Shown here: piece after piece, positions 38,756 through 51,363 of the stretch | How the letters are laid out: each line of letters opens with the position of its first letter | Numbering within the stretch: position 1 is the first letter of the stretch | Assembly (NCBI GenBank): GCA_027071075.1 | Contig: JALSUU010000181.1 | Span: 1 to 59,633 of the forward strand | Reading direction: 5' to 3' | Length of the DNA: 59,633 bases | Source: Sulfurimonas sp. | GTDB taxonomy: Bacteria; Campylobacterota; Campylobacteria; Campylobacterales; Sulfurimonadaceae | The notes under the pieces: generated by a model | The model's input: the letters and a program-made list of their open reading frames with translations, nothing else | What the model was told of the DNA's origin: nothing | The model's database searches: none | Program-made: the position numbers and the translations under genes

Positions 38756-39664
38756 ATGAATGTAATCTTTATGGGTACACCTGATTATGCAGAGAAGATT
38801 TTAGAGCGATTAGTTTTAGATAGTGAGATAAATGTTGTTGCAGTTTACACACAACCAGATAAGCCAGTGGGACGAAAGAAACTCCTTACTGCTCCTCCTG
38901 TTAAAACGCTTGCTTTAAAAAATAGTATAGATGTCTATCAACCTCAGAGATTAAGAGATGATGGAGTTGTAGCTGAATTACTTAAAATTAAATGCGATTA
39001 TATCGTAGTTGCAGCGTATGGTCAGATACTCCCTTTAGCTATTTTAAATCACGCGCCATGTATTAATCTGCATGCTTCTATTCTTCCTCAGTATAGGGGT
39101 GCAAGTCCCATCCAACAAACACTTTTAAATAATGATGCGCAAACAGGTGTAACTGCTATGCTTATGGAAGAGGGATTAGATACGGGGGATATATTAAAAA
39201 TAGAGAAAATTGATGTAGACTCAGAGATAATGGTAGAAGCTCTTTTTGAGAGACTTACAGAGGTAGCAGCTGATTTGACACTTGATGTTTTACAAAACTT
39301 TGAGAGTTATAGTGCTGTAAAACAAAACGATGCAGAGGCTACGCACTGTAAAAAGATTACAAAAAAAGATGGTGCAGTTTTCTTTGATGATGCACAGACT
39401 CTTTATAATAAATACCGTGCATTTACACCTTGGCCAGGAATTTATCTTGAGAGTGGTTTAAAGTTAAAAAAAATAGCTTTAGAAAGTGCAATAAAAACGG
39501 GGGAGAGTGGAGAAATCCTTGAAATTACAAAAGAAAGTATAGTAGTCGCATGTAAAAAAGGTAGCCTTCGTATTTTTAGTGTGCAACCGCAATCAAAAAA
39601 AGAGATGAGTGTTATCTCTTACATTAACGGGAAAAGATTGGCTCTTGAAGACACTTTTCTTTAA
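38756..39664 (+). CDS. fmt: Methionyl-tRNA formyltransferase
   Basis: FMGTPDYA, TQPDKPVGR, INLHASILPQYRGASP. Confidence 0.96.
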   Translation: MNVIFMGTPDYAEKILERLVLDSEINVVAVYTQPDKPVGRKKLLTAPPVKTLALKNSIDVYQPQRLRDDGVVAELLKIKCDYIVVAAYGQILPLAILNHAPCINLHASILPQYRGASPIQQTLLNNDAQTGVTAMLMEEGLDTGDILKIEKIDVDSEIMVEALFERLTEVAADLTLDVLQNFESYSAVKQNDAEATHCKKITKKDGAVFFDDAQTLYNKYRAFTPWPGIYLESGLKLKKIALESAIKTGESGEILEITKESIVVACKKGSLRIFSVQPQSKKEMSVISYINGKRLALEDTFL

Positions 39665-40280
39665 AAGCCTTCCCTCTACACAACTCTACTTAAAAGATAT
39701 ACTCAAAAAAGAGAGACCTGATTTACCTTTAGCAATAGTTGCAGATAATCAAACGGCAGGCATAGGAAGTAGAGATAATAGCTGGGTCTCAAAAGAGGGG
39801 AATCTATTCCTCTCTTTTGCAATAGAGTTAAAAGAGTTACCAAGTGATTTAAAATTAGAGTCTGCATCAATCTACTTCTCCTATCTTTTAAAAGAGACAT
39901 TAGAGGCAGAAGGTTCTCAGGTCTTTTTAAAATGGCCGAATGATCTCTATCTTCAAGATAAAAAAATTGCGGGTATGATTACAAATATAGTTGGTAATGT
40001 CTTAGTTTGTGGAGTAGGTGTAAATTTTCAAAATGTTACAGATGAGTTTAGCGCATTAGATATAGATATAAGAAGAGAAGAACTTTTAAAATATTATTTT
40101 GCAAATATCGAAAAAAAGATTTTATGGAAGCAAGTTTTTAGTAAATATAAGTTAAACTTTCAGACTAATCAAAAAATATTTACACATATACATGGGGAAA
40201 AAACAGACCTCTCTCAAGCACTCCTTGAAGATGATGGTAGTTTAACAATAAACGGTGAGAGGATATATAGTCTAAGATGA
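39645..40280 (+). CDS. birA: Biotin-[acetyl-CoA carboxylase] ligase (no HTH)
   Basis: STQ, QTAGIGSR..W, KWPNDL, KIAG. Probable TTG start at 39645. Confidence 0.9.
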   Translation: MKTLFFKSLPSTQLYLKDILKKERPDLPLAIVADNQTAGIGSRDNSWVSKEGNLFLSFAIELKELPSDLKLESASIYFSYLLKETLEAEGSQVFLKWPNDLYLQDKKIAGMITNIVGNVLVCGVGVNFQNVTDEFSALDIDIRREELLKYYFANIEKKILWKQVFSKYKLNFQTNQKIFTHIHGEKTDLSQALLEDDGSLTINGERIYSLR

Positions 40281-41059
40281 GTGAAGTAATCGTAATCGCA
40301 AATCAGAAGGGTGGGGTAGGAAAAACTACAACAGCAGTAAATCTTGCTGCATCTCTTGCTGTTGCTGAAAAAAAAGTTTTATTAATTGATTCAGATCCTC
40401 AGGCGAATGCTACAACTTCACTAGGGTTTCATAGAAATGATTATGAGTTTAATATTTACCATGTTCTTATTGGTACAAAAAAACTTAAAGATATTATTTT
40501 AAAATCTGATCTTCCTACACTGCATTTAGTTCCTTCAAATATTGGTCTTGTTGGAATAGAGAAAGAGTACTATGATGCAGATAAGGCAAAAGGGCGAGAG
40601 TTAGTACTTAAAAATGCTATTGCCAATGTGAAAAAAGATTATGACTATATTATTATTGACTCACCTCCAGCACTTGGACCCATGACTATTAATGCACTCT
40701 CTGCATCAAACTCTGTAATTATTCCTATTCAGTGTGAATTTTTTGCACTTGAGGGACTTGCACAGCTTTTAAATACTGTAAAACTTGTAAGAAAGTCTAT
40801 AAATACAAAACTTACTATAAAAGGTTTCTTACCTACTATGTTTAGTTCTCAGAACAATCTTTCAAAGCAAGTTTTTGCAGATTTGCGTCAACATTTTAAA
40901 GGAAAACTTTTTAAAGATGATAAAGATAAGTATATAGTAGTCCCAAGAAATGTAAAATTAGCAGAGTCTCCATCTTTTGGAAAACCTGCCATTTTATATG
41001 ATGTAAAATCAAGTGGTTCTATTGCATATCAAAATTTAGCACAAGCAATTATAAAATAA
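40277..41059 (+). CDS. parA: Chromosome partitioning ATPase Soj/ParA
   Basis: ANQKGGVGKTTT, DSDPQANAT, QCEFFALEG, PRNVKLAESPS. Confidence 0.95.
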   Translation: MSEVIVIANQKGGVGKTTTAVNLAASLAVAEKKVLLIDSDPQANATTSLGFHRNDYEFNIYHVLIGTKKLKDIILKSDLPTLHLVPSNIGLVGIEKEYYDADKAKGRELVLKNAIANVKKDYDYIIIDSPPALGPMTINALSASNSVIIPIQCEFFALEGLAQLLNTVKLVRKSINTKLTIKGFLPTMFSSQNNLSKQVFADLRQHFKGKLFKDDKDKYIVVPRNVKLAESPSFGKPAILYDVKSSGSIAYQNLAQAIIK

Positions 41060-41094
41060 AAACTAAATAGTTTTAAAGTAAAGGAGATTTGAGA

Positions 41095-41940
41095 GTGAAA
41101 AGTATGAAACTAGGGCGTGGTTTAGATGCATTATTGGGAGAGATTGATGAAGCTTATGAAAATGAAGGTTCTCAACGAGATGAAATTTTAGAGATATCTC
41201 TTAAAGAGATTCGTCCAAACCCTTTCCAACCTAGAAAAACTTTTGATGAAGTAGCTCTGAATGAATTAGCTGAATCTATCAAAGAAGATGGATTGCTCCA
41301 ACCAATAGTTGTGAGCGAAGATATAGATGGATATGTACTTATTGCTGGTGAGAGAAGATTTCGTGCGAGTAAGATAGCAAAACTTAAAGAGATTCGTGCC
41401 ATAGTATTAAACTCTGATGAGCAGAAAATGAGAAAATTTGCTCTTATAGAAAATATTCAAAGAGAAGAGTTAAATGCTGTAGAGCTAGCAGAATCTTATG
41501 GTGAACTTATAAAACTTCATGAGATGACACATGAAGAACTCTCTGTGATGATTCATAAAAGTCGTACACATATTACAAATACTTTAAGACTTTTACAACT
41601 CTCTTCAAAGACGCAAAAAGCACTTTTAGAGAAAAAAATATCTGCAGGTCATGCAAAAGTACTTGTTGGTTTAGATGATAAAGAACAACAAGTAATGGTG
41701 AACTCTATTATAGGACAGAAGCTAAGTGTTCGTGAAGTTGAGTCTATGATCAAAGCTATGAAAAATAGTGATGCAGTAGAAATAGTAGAAAAAAAATCAT
41801 CTCCAAAATACAATTTTGACTCGTTAAAGAACAGATTTGACTCTTTTGGTGTAAAAACAAAAATTTCTCAAAAAAGTGTTACTTTAGAGTTTGAATCACA
41901 AGAAGATATTGAAGCTTTTATGTCACATCTTCGTGACTAA
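41095..41940 (+). CDS. parB: Chromosome partitioning protein ParB/Spo0J
   Basis: LGRGLDAL, NPFQPRK, AGERRFRA, ENIQRE. Start uncertain (41089, 41095 or 41104). Confidence 0.95.
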   Translation: MKSMKLGRGLDALLGEIDEAYENEGSQRDEILEISLKEIRPNPFQPRKTFDEVALNELAESIKEDGLLQPIVVSEDIDGYVLIAGERRFRASKIAKLKEIRAIVLNSDEQKMRKFALIENIQREELNAVELAESYGELIKLHEMTHEELSVMIHKSRTHITNTLRLLQLSSKTQKALLEKKISAGHAKVLVGLDDKEQQVMVNSIIGQKLSVREVESMIKAMKNSDAVEIVEKKSSPKYNFDSLKNRFDSFGVKTKISQKSVTLEFESQEDIEAFMSHLRD

Positions 41941-41996
41941 TTAAAGAATATTTAAAATTTATCTTTCATTTAACTATCCTTTCAATTTAATCATAG

Positions 41997-42002
41997 TATA
42001 AT
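41997..42002 (+). promoter_or_regulatory. Putative -10 box of the atp operon
   Basis: TATAAT with upstream periodic T-tracts; AGGAGG SD follows. Confidence 0.55.
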
Positions 42003-42024
42003 CACGCAACTTTTAGGAGGTGCT

Positions 42025-42447
42025 ATGTTAGATATAAATCCAATACTACTCTTGGTTACATTTGTTGTATTTGTTTCGCTTATAGCCGTTCTAAATAGTT
42101 GGCTTTATAATCCTCTTTTCAATTATATGAAAAAGCGTGATGATGACCTCAAAAATGACCTTGCGAAAGTAGGCTCAAATGATGATGAAATTGACACACT
42201 GAACGCAAAGGCTGAATCGATTATTATGAATGCTAAACTAGAAGCTGCGGCCCTAAGAGAAAAAGTTATTGCGGATGCTAAGGAATTAGCTGAGAGTAAG
42301 TTAGAAGCAAAGCGTGCTGAACTTGCTAGTGAATATTTAGAATTTGAGCAATCACTTGCTAAATCTAAAGAAGAGTTGACTTCTGACTTAATGTCACAAG
42401 TTCCAGTATTTAAAGAAGCTGTTAAAGCTAAATTTAGTCAAATATAA
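42025..42447 (+). CDS. atpF': F0F1 ATP synthase subunit b'
   Basis: N-terminal TM, LNSWLYNPL..M..R, coiled coil; first gene of the atp block. Confidence 0.88.
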   Translation: MLDINPILLLVTFVVFVSLIAVLNSWLYNPLFNYMKKRDDDLKNDLAKVGSNDDEIDTLNAKAESIIMNAKLEAAALREKVIADAKELAESKLEAKRAELASEYLEFEQSLAKSKEELTSDLMSQVPVFKEAVKAKFSQI

Positions 42448-42456
42448 GGGTGTAAT

Positions 42457-42969
42457 GTGAGTAGAATTTTAGTATTAATGCTAAGTATATCAACTTATGC
42501 ATTAGCATCTGAAGCCGGACATGGTGAAACTGATATTGTACAGCGTACAGTAAACTTTTTACTTTTTGCTGGTTTGGTTTGGTATTTAGTTGGTGAACCA
42601 GTTAAAAACTTTTTTGCATCGCGTTCTTCAGGGATTGCTGATGATTTCAAAAAAGTTCAAGAAAAACTTAATGAATCTATCGCTCTTAAAAAAGAGGCAG
42701 AGGCTCAGATTGTGAAAGCTGAAAAGTTTGCAGAAGAGTTAAGTGTTTCATCTAAGAAAGAGAATAAAATTATCAATGATAATATTATGGCTCAATGTGA
42801 ATTAGATTTAGAAATATTATCGAAACATGGGGTTTCTACGAGAGATTATGCTCAAAGAAAAATGGTTCGTAATGTTGTAGAAGAAGTTTTAACAGAAACT
42901 CTTGCTCAAAGTTCTAGTGACTTTGATAAAGAAGCTATGGCAAATGTTATTTTGAAAAAGGTTGCTTAA
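42457..42969 (+). CDS. atpF: F0F1 ATP synthase subunit b
   Basis: TDIVQRTVNFLLF, TM helix, coiled coil. Confidence 0.88.
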   Translation: MSRILVLMLSISTYALASEAGHGETDIVQRTVNFLLFAGLVWYLVGEPVKNFFASRSSGIADDFKKVQEKLNESIALKKEAEAQIVKAEKFAEELSVSSKKENKIINDNIMAQCELDLEILSKHGVSTRDYAQRKMVRNVVEEVLTETLAQSSSDFDKEAMANVILKKVA

Positions 42970-43503
42970 ATGGAAGAACTCATTGCAAAAAAATATATAA
43001 AAGCTTTAAAAACAAATTCTGATAAAGAGTCATTACAAAATATTACAGATGTATTCTCTACATTAGCAGAGAGTTTTTCAAATGAAAAGTTTGTAAATAT
43101 AGTAGTGAATCCACATGTAAGTGCAAGTGATAAATCTGAGATTCTTTTAGCAGCTGTAAAACCTGCTAACTCAGATGTACTGAATAATCTGATACAACTG
43201 TTAGTTGAAAATAAGCGTATTGAGATTATTCCTGCAATAGCAAGTGAATTAAAAAAATACATAGCAGACTCTACTAAAACTTATGAAGGAGTTATCTATA
43301 GCAATAGCGATATTGAAGCAAAGGTAATAACTGATTTAGGTAATGGTTTAAACAAAAAATTTGATTCAACTATTTCTTTAGACTTTGTTAAAAATGATTT
43401 TAACGGAATTAAAGTAGAAGTAGAAGGTCTTGGAATAGAGATTAATTTTTCTAAAGATAGAATCGATAGTCAAATTATAGAACATATAATTAAAGCAATT
43501 TAA
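42970..43503 (+). CDS. atpH: ATP synthase delta subunit
   Basis: IAKKYIKAL, LLVENKR; operon position. Confidence 0.9.
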   Translation: MEELIAKKYIKALKTNSDKESLQNITDVFSTLAESFSNEKFVNIVVNPHVSASDKSEILLAAVKPANSDVLNNLIQLLVENKRIEIIPAIASELKKYIADSTKTYEGVIYSNSDIEAKVITDLGNGLNKKFDSTISLDFVKNDFNGIKVEVEGLGIEINFSKDRIDSQIIEHIIKAI

Positions 43504-43524
43504 CTTCATAAGAGGAGAACAATA

Positions 43525-45042
43525 GTGGTAGCAAAAATTCAAGCTGATGAAATCAGCTCAATAATTAAAGAACGTATTGACAACTTTGAATTAAGTGTTG
43601 ATATTAATGAAACAGGTAAAATTGTTTCTTATGCTGATGGTGTTGCACAGGTTTACGGACTGAGCAATGTTATGGCTGGTGAGATGGTAGAGTTCGAAGA
43701 TGGGACACAAGGTTTAGTAATGAACCTTGAAGAGAGCAGCGTTGGTGTTGTTATTCTTGGTGCTGGAACTGAGCTTCGTGAAGGTATGAGTGTAAAGCGT
43801 CTTGGAAAACTTTTAAGAGTTCCAGTTGGTGATGCACTTCTTGGTCGTGTTGTAAACGCACTTGGTGAGCCAATTGATGGAAAAGGTCCTATTGAAGCAA
43901 CTGAAACTCGTTTCGTTGAAGAAAAAGCACCTGGAATTATGGATAGAAAATCTGTTCATGAGCCATTATCTACTGGTATAAAAGCTATTGATGCACTTGT
44001 TCCAATTGGTCGTGGTCAGCGTGAGCTTATCATTGGTGATAGACAAACTGGTAAGACTACAGTAGCACTTGATGCAATCATTAACCAAAAGGGCAATGGT
44101 GTTGTTTGTATATATGTAGCAATTGGTCAAAAAGAGTCAACTGTAGCACAAATTGTTCGTCGTTTAGAAGAGCATGGTGCACTTGAGTATACTATTATTG
44201 TATCTGCGACTGCTGCTGAAGCTGCTGCACTTCAATTCTTAGCTCCATATACTGGTGTTACTATGGGTGAGTACTTCCGTGATAACGCAAGACATGGTCT
44301 TATCGTGTATGATGATTTATCTAAGCATGCGGTAGCATACCGTGAAATGTCACTTATTCTTCGTCGTCCTCCAGGTCGTGAAGCATATCCTGGTGATGTT
44401 TTTTATGTTCACTCTCGTCTTTTAGAGCGTGCTGCAAAAATGTCTGATGAAAATGGTGCTGGTTCTTTAACTGCCTTACCAATCATTGAAACACAAGCAG
44501 GTGATGTTGCGGCTTATATCCCAACAAATGTTATCTCTATTACTGATGGTCAAATTTTCCTAGAAACTGATCTATTTAACTCGGGTGTTCGTCCAGCAAT
44601 TAATGTTGGTCTTTCAGTTTCTCGTGTTGGTGGTGCTGCTCAGATTAAAGCTACTAAGCAAGTTGCTGGTACTTTAAGACTTGATCTTGCACAGTATCGT
44701 GAGCTTCAAGCATTTGCACAATTCGCATCTGATCTTGATGAAGTTTCTCGTAATCAACTTGAGCGTGGACAAAGAATGGTTGAAGTTCTTAAACAAGGGC
44801 CTTTCTCTCCACTATCAGCTGAGAAACAAGTTGCAATTATTTTTGCTGGAAACGAAGGTTTCTTAGATGATTTTGATGCTTCAAATGTTGTTCGTTTTGA
44901 AGCTGAAATGTATCCATTTTTAGAAGCTTCATATCCTCAAATTTTTGAGAATATCAGATCTGCTTCTAAAGTTGATGATGATACGAAAGCACTTTTAATG
45001 AAAGCACTAGAAGAGTTTAAAGCTAGCTTTGTAGCTAACTAA
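43525..45042 (+). CDS. atpA: ATP synthase alpha subunit
   Basis: [20 protein letters not shown]. Confidence 0.98.
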   Translation: MVAKIQADEISSIIKERIDNFELSVDINETGKIVSYADGVAQVYGLSNVMAGEMVEFEDGTQGLVMNLEESSVGVVILGAGTELREGMSVKRLGKLLRVPVGDALLGRVVNALGEPIDGKGPIEATETRFVEEKAPGIMDRKSVHEPLSTGIKAIDALVPIGRGQRELIIGDRQTGKTTVALDAIINQKGNGVVCIYVAIGQKESTVAQIVRRLEEHGALEYTIIVSATAAEAAALQFLAPYTGVTMGEYFRDNARHGLIVYDDLSKHAVAYREMSLILRRPPGREAYPGDVFYVHSRLLERAAKMSDENGAGSLTALPIIETQAGDVAAYIPTNVISITDGQIFLETDLFNSGVRPAINVGLSVSRVGGAAQIKATKQVAGTLRLDLAQYRELQAFAQFASDLDEVSRNQLERGQRMVEVLKQGPFSPLSAEKQVAIIFAGNEGFLDDFDASNVVRFEAEMYPFLEASYPQIFENIRSASKVDDDTKALLMKALEEFKASFVAN

Positions 45043-45052
45043 GGATAACTTT

Positions 45053-47346
<2,294 letters not shown>

Positions 47347-47372
47347 GCATTAGTGCTTAATAAAGGACTTTA

Positions 47373-47765
47373 ATGGAAACATTTACACTTGAAATCCTAA
47401 CTCCTAATGGTGAGATCTATAATGGTCAAGCTATTAGTGTAGTACTTCCTGGTGAAGAGGGAGAATTTGGCGTACTTGCTAAACATGCTTCATTAACAAC
47501 ACTTTTAACTACTGGTGTTATAGATGTTGAAAAAGAAGACAAATCAGTTGAAGCTATTGTTATCAACTGGGGTGTCGTTCAAGTAGATGAAGAAAAAGTA
47601 ATTATTTTAGTGGAAGGTGCTGCAGCTATTCGTGGTGCAAACGAATCTGAAATTGCAAATGCACTTGATGAAGCGAAGAAACTTATTAGTGATATTGCAG
47701 ATTCTAGTTCTGCTATTGCTTCTGTTTCTGCTAAAATCGAAACAGCTGCTCAAAGATTACTATAA
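47373..47765 (+). CDS. atpC: ATP synthase epsilon subunit
   Basis: LEILTPNG, GEEGEFGVLAKH. Confidence 0.95.
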   Translation: METFTLEILTPNGEIYNGQAISVVLPGEEGEFGVLAKHASLTTLLTTGVIDVEKEDKSVEAIVINWGVVQVDEEKVIILVEGAAAIRGANESEIANALDEAKKLISDIADSSSAIASVSAKIETAAQRLL

Positions 47766-47769
47766 TTAT

Positions 47770-48336
47770 ATGTTGAACAATTTAATAGATTTTTATCTTA
47801 AAAGTCATCCGGTAACTATTGGAGTATTGGCACTTTTGTCGTTATACTTCATAATACTTAACTGGGTTTTTTTCTATAGATATTTTTCTGTTAGTAGTTG
47901 GACATCTCGTGAGAGTAACTCTTTAGAGTCACTCTTAATGGGTGCATCAACTGTGAATGAAAACTCTTTTTTAAATAATTTTATCAAAACAAGTAATATT
48001 ATTTCAAAAGAAGTTTTGGCACTCGGTATGCTTGCTGCCACAAAAGAAGCGACAAAAGGACTTTCTGTTCTTTCTGTTTTTGCATCAACTACTCCCTTTA
48101 TTGGTCTTTTTGGAACGGTTGTATCTATTCTTGATACTTTTACGCATATAGGTCAAACAACGGGAAGTATGTCTGTCATTGCAAGTGGTGTTTCTGATGC
48201 GCTTATTGCAACTGCAGCGGGTATCTTTGTAGCAATCTTTTCCTACACATACCACCAAATATTAAAAAGAAAATCATTTGAGTTAATCTCATATCTTCAA
48301 ATGCAAAGTGATGCAATTTTAGCTCGTAGGGCGTAG
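47770..48336 (+). CDS. tolQ: TolQ/ExbB proton channel
   Basis: ASTTPFIGLFGTV, ALIATAAG. ATG at 47770. Confidence 0.85.
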   Translation: MLNNLIDFYLKSHPVTIGVLALLSLYFIILNWVFFYRYFSVSSWTSRESNSLESLLMGASTVNENSFLNNFIKTSNIISKEVLALGMLAATKEATKGLSVLSVFASTTPFIGLFGTVVSILDTFTHIGQTTGSMSVIASGVSDALIATAAGIFVAIFSYTYHQILKRKSFELISYLQMQSDAILARRA

Positions 48337-48337
48337 T

Positions 48338-48730
48338 ATGATATATGATTGGGATGATAAACCTGAGTTAAATATTACCCCACTTGTGGATGTTATGCTT
48401 GTTTTACTCGCTATCTTAATGGTTATTGCCCCAAACATTATTTTTGAGGAAAAGATTCAACTTCCTCAAGGTTCAACTACTCAACAACTCTCTAAAATAC
48501 CACCAGTGCATATTACAATAGATAAAGATAAAAATGTAAAAATAAATAAAGACAATTACCTTTTAAATGCTTTTATGGATAATTTTTCAAACTATGCATC
48601 GAAGCTAGATAAAAAAGCAACTGTACTCATCAGTGCAGATAAAACTTTGGACTATGGGGTTGTGATGTCTGTCTTAGCAGCTGTGAAACAAGCTGGATTT
48701 TCTGAGGTCTCTTTAGCAACAAATGGATAA
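48338..48730 (+). CDS. tolR: TolR/ExbD
   Basis: LNITPLVDVMLVLL, ADKTLDYG. Confidence 0.85.
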   Translation: MIYDWDDKPELNITPLVDVMLVLLAILMVIAPNIIFEEKIQLPQGSTTQQLSKIPPVHITIDKDKNVKINKDNYLLNAFMDNFSNYASKLDKKATVLISADKTLDYGVVMSVLAAVKQAGFSEVSLATNG

Positions 48731-49445
48731 AAATAGTAGCCACTTTTATATTAGTGGATTTATTTCACTAGGGCTTTTTACGCTCTTCTTTATGCTTTTT
48801 ATAACTATGCTTTTTACACCAACTAAAAACAGCTCCTTTGCTTTAAAAAAAGATACCTTTATTTCTATCTCACTTGAACTGCCTAAAGTACAAACAAAAA
48901 AAGCAAAAAAACAAGAAAAAGCAGCAGTTGTTGAAGCTCCAAAAGTAGTCGAGAGTAAACCTGTTGATATTAATAATCTCTTTAGTGATGTATGGACAAA
49001 AAAAATAGTACATAAAAAAGAGAAACCAAAACCAGTTGATAAGAGACGACTTTTAGCAATTCAAAAAAGTATTCAGACAAAAAAAGCAAACGATGTAAAA
49101 TCTATCTCTAAAAAAATTAATGAAATGGAAAATGTAAAAAGTAATAATCAAGAATCTTCAAGTTCTACTGCCCAAGAGGTTAATGAATATTTAGCTAAAA
49201 TTCAGGCAATAGTTTACCAATACTTTCAAGTTCCTCCAAATTCGGAGGGAAAGAGTGTAAAAACTGTGATAGAACTCAATGCTTTTGGAAAGGTTTTAGA
49301 CTTTAGAATTTTGACTTACTCTGATAATAGTGCTTTAAATCAAGAAGCAGATAAAATTAAAGAGCGATTGAAAAATATCACTTTTCCTATAAATCCACAA
49401 CACAAATCAAGTAGAACAATCGTTATACTGATATCTAAGGAGTAA
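48723..49445 (+). CDS. TolA/TonB-like protein
   Basis: N-terminal TM, Lys/Glu-rich linker, TonB_2-like C-terminus; located between tolR and tolB. Confidence 0.75.
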   Translation: MDKNSSHFYISGFISLGLFTLFFMLFITMLFTPTKNSSFALKKDTFISISLELPKVQTKKAKKQEKAAVVEAPKVVESKPVDINNLFSDVWTKKIVHKKEKPKPVDKRRLLAIQKSIQTKKANDVKSISKKINEMENVKSNNQESSSSTAQEVNEYLAKIQAIVYQYFQVPPNSEGKSVKTVIELNAFGKVLDFRILTYSDNSALNQEADKIKERLKNITFPINPQHKSSRTIVILISKE

Positions 49446-49448
49446 AAA

Positions 49449-50699
49449 TTGAAAATACTATTTTCACTATTGTTAGTTCTCTCTTTTGCATTTGCATCTG
49501 ATGCTACTATTGAAGTTATTAAAAAAGTGGAATCTCTTCCATCTATTGCGGTGGAAGATGCTTCTGAAAGTTATGATGACACTTTTAAATTGCAGTTTTT
49601 TAAATCATTAATCGCTGATTTGAATGTTATTAGTCTTTTTAATGTCGATAGATTTCATAGAATGGTTGATTATGATGATGGCACTGTTTTGGTAGAGAAT
49701 AAAGATAAAAATTATGTATTGCGTTATAAAATGTATGAAGATGATAATCATGCACTCAATGTAGATATGAAAATAATTCAGAATGATGCAAGTGTCTACT
49801 CAAAAAGTTATAAAATTAATAGAAAAAATATCTATATGTTTGTCTCACATGCAATGGCATATGATATAAATGAATATATGGGTGAACCCTCTGTTGAGTG
49901 GATGAAAAGAAAGGTAATATTTTCAAGAATAGTAGCGCCTAAAAAGAGTGAAATAGTTATAGCAGATTACTCTTTAAGTTATCAGCACACTATAGTAAAA
50001 GGTGGTTTTAATGTTTTTCCTAAGTGGGCAACAAAGAGTCAAAAATCTTTTTACTATACTTCACTAGATGGATTGAAACCAACGCTTAAGTATGTAGATA
50101 TTAAAACAGCTAAAGTAAAGAGTATGATGTCTTCTGATGGAATGATGGTCTGTTCTGATGTAAGTGCTGATGGAAGAACACTTCTTTTAACAATGGCGAA
50201 AAATGGACAGCCTGATATTTATACTTATAATTTAGATACGAAAAAGTATAGAAGAGAGACAAAATACGGTGGTATAGATGTAAATGCTCAGTTTATGGGC
50301 AAAGATAAGATTATATTTATCTCTGGAAGATTAGGATACCCTAATGTTTTTTCTAAAAGTTTAGTTACTGATGAAATTGAGCAGATGGTCTACTATGGTC
50401 GTAGTAACTCTGCATGTAGCTCAAATGGTGAGTATGTAGTTTATAAAGCTAGAGAAACATCAAATGCTTTTGAAAGTAATACTTTTAACCTTCATTTAAT
50501 TTCCATAAAAACAGATTTTATTAGAAGACTAACTGCAACAGGAGTGAATGAATTTCCTCGATTTTCAGGAGATGGTGATGCAATTCTTTTTATAAAAAAT
50601 TACAAGAACCAAAGTAGTATTGGAATTATCCGTTTAAACCACAATAAAAACTACCTTTTCCCTCTAAAATATGGGAAAGTGCAATCTATGGATTGGTAA
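49449..50699 (+). CDS. tolB: Tol-Pal periplasmic protein TolB
   Basis: Signal peptide; beta-propeller repeats (SDVSADG, SGRLGYPNVF, FPRFSGDG); precedes pal. Confidence 0.88.
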   Translation: MKILFSLLLVLSFAFASDATIEVIKKVESLPSIAVEDASESYDDTFKLQFFKSLIADLNVISLFNVDRFHRMVDYDDGTVLVENKDKNYVLRYKMYEDDNHALNVDMKIIQNDASVYSKSYKINRKNIYMFVSHAMAYDINEYMGEPSVEWMKRKVIFSRIVAPKKSEIVIADYSLSYQHTIVKGGFNVFPKWATKSQKSFYYTSLDGLKPTLKYVDIKTAKVKSMMSSDGMMVCSDVSADGRTLLLTMAKNGQPDIYTYNLDTKKYRRETKYGGIDVNAQFMGKDKIIFISGRLGYPNVFSKSLVTDEIEQMVYYGRSNSACSSNGEYVVYKARETSNAFESNTFNLHLISIKTDFIRRLTATGVNEFPRFSGDGDAILFIKNYKNQSSIGIIRLNHNKNYLFPLKYGKVQSMDW

Positions 50700-50747
50700 T
50701 AAAATTTCAAAAAAATCTATTTAGTTAATATAATAATAGCTTTTTTT

Positions 50748-50756
50748 TGCTATAAT
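50748..50756 (+). promoter_or_regulatory. Extended -10 promoter for pal
   Basis: TGcTATAAT after a T-tract. Confidence 0.6.
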
Positions 50757-50788
50757 GGTGCAATTTTTAAAAATAGAGGATATCAGAT

Positions 50789-51346
50789 ATGAAAAGTATA
50801 GTACTTTCTAGTGTTGTAACGGCACTGTTAATTTTTAGTGGATGTAGTGATAAGCAACCTGCCGTAGATACAAAAGCAAATAAAGTAGAAAAACCAGTTG
50901 CTCAAGAAGTTGAAGCAGTAGATACTGAAACTGTAGCAAGTGAAGATAGTATGGTTGATTCATCATCAAATAGTGAAAGTACTTCTCAAATGAGTATGGC
51001 AGATATTGAAAATCAACTCTCTGCAATATATTTTGGTTTTGATAAGTACAATATTGATGCTGATATGCAAAATAAAATATCTCAAGCAGCAGAACTTGGT
51101 AAAACTTCTGCAACTGCTTACAGTGTAAAACTAGAAGGTAACTGTGATGAGTGGGGAAGTGATGAGTATAACTTCGCACTTGGTTTAAAGCGTGCAGATG
51201 CAGTGAAAAAAGCTTTAGTTGCTGAGGGGATTGATGGTTCTCGTATCTCTATGGTAAGTTATGGTGAGAGTAATCCTGTATGTAGTGATAAAACACAAGA
51301 GTGCTGGGCAAAAAACCGTCGCGTAGATTTTAAACTGCTTCCATAG
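50789..51346 (+). CDS. pal: Peptidoglycan-associated lipoprotein
   Basis: Lipobox FSGC; OmpA-C domain IYFGFDK, EGNCDEWGSDEYNFALG, NRRVDF. Confidence 0.93.
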   Translation: MKSIVLSSVVTALLIFSGCSDKQPAVDTKANKVEKPVAQEVEAVDTETVASEDSMVDSSSNSESTSQMSMADIENQLSAIYFGFDKYNIDADMQNKISQAAELGKTSATAYSVKLEGNCDEWGSDEYNFALGLKRADAVKKALVAEGIDGSRISMVSYGESNPVCSDKTQECWAKNRRVDFKLLP

Positions 51347-51363
51347 TACTTAGTAGTATTTAT

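Noticed and set aside
41059-41074. AAAACTA-AA-TAGTTTT inverted repeat between parA and parB
   Set aside because: Short, A/T-rich and with a 2-nt loop; likely chance.
40277-42024. parS site near parAB
   Set aside because: No TGTTTCACGTGAAACA-like palindrome seen by eye.
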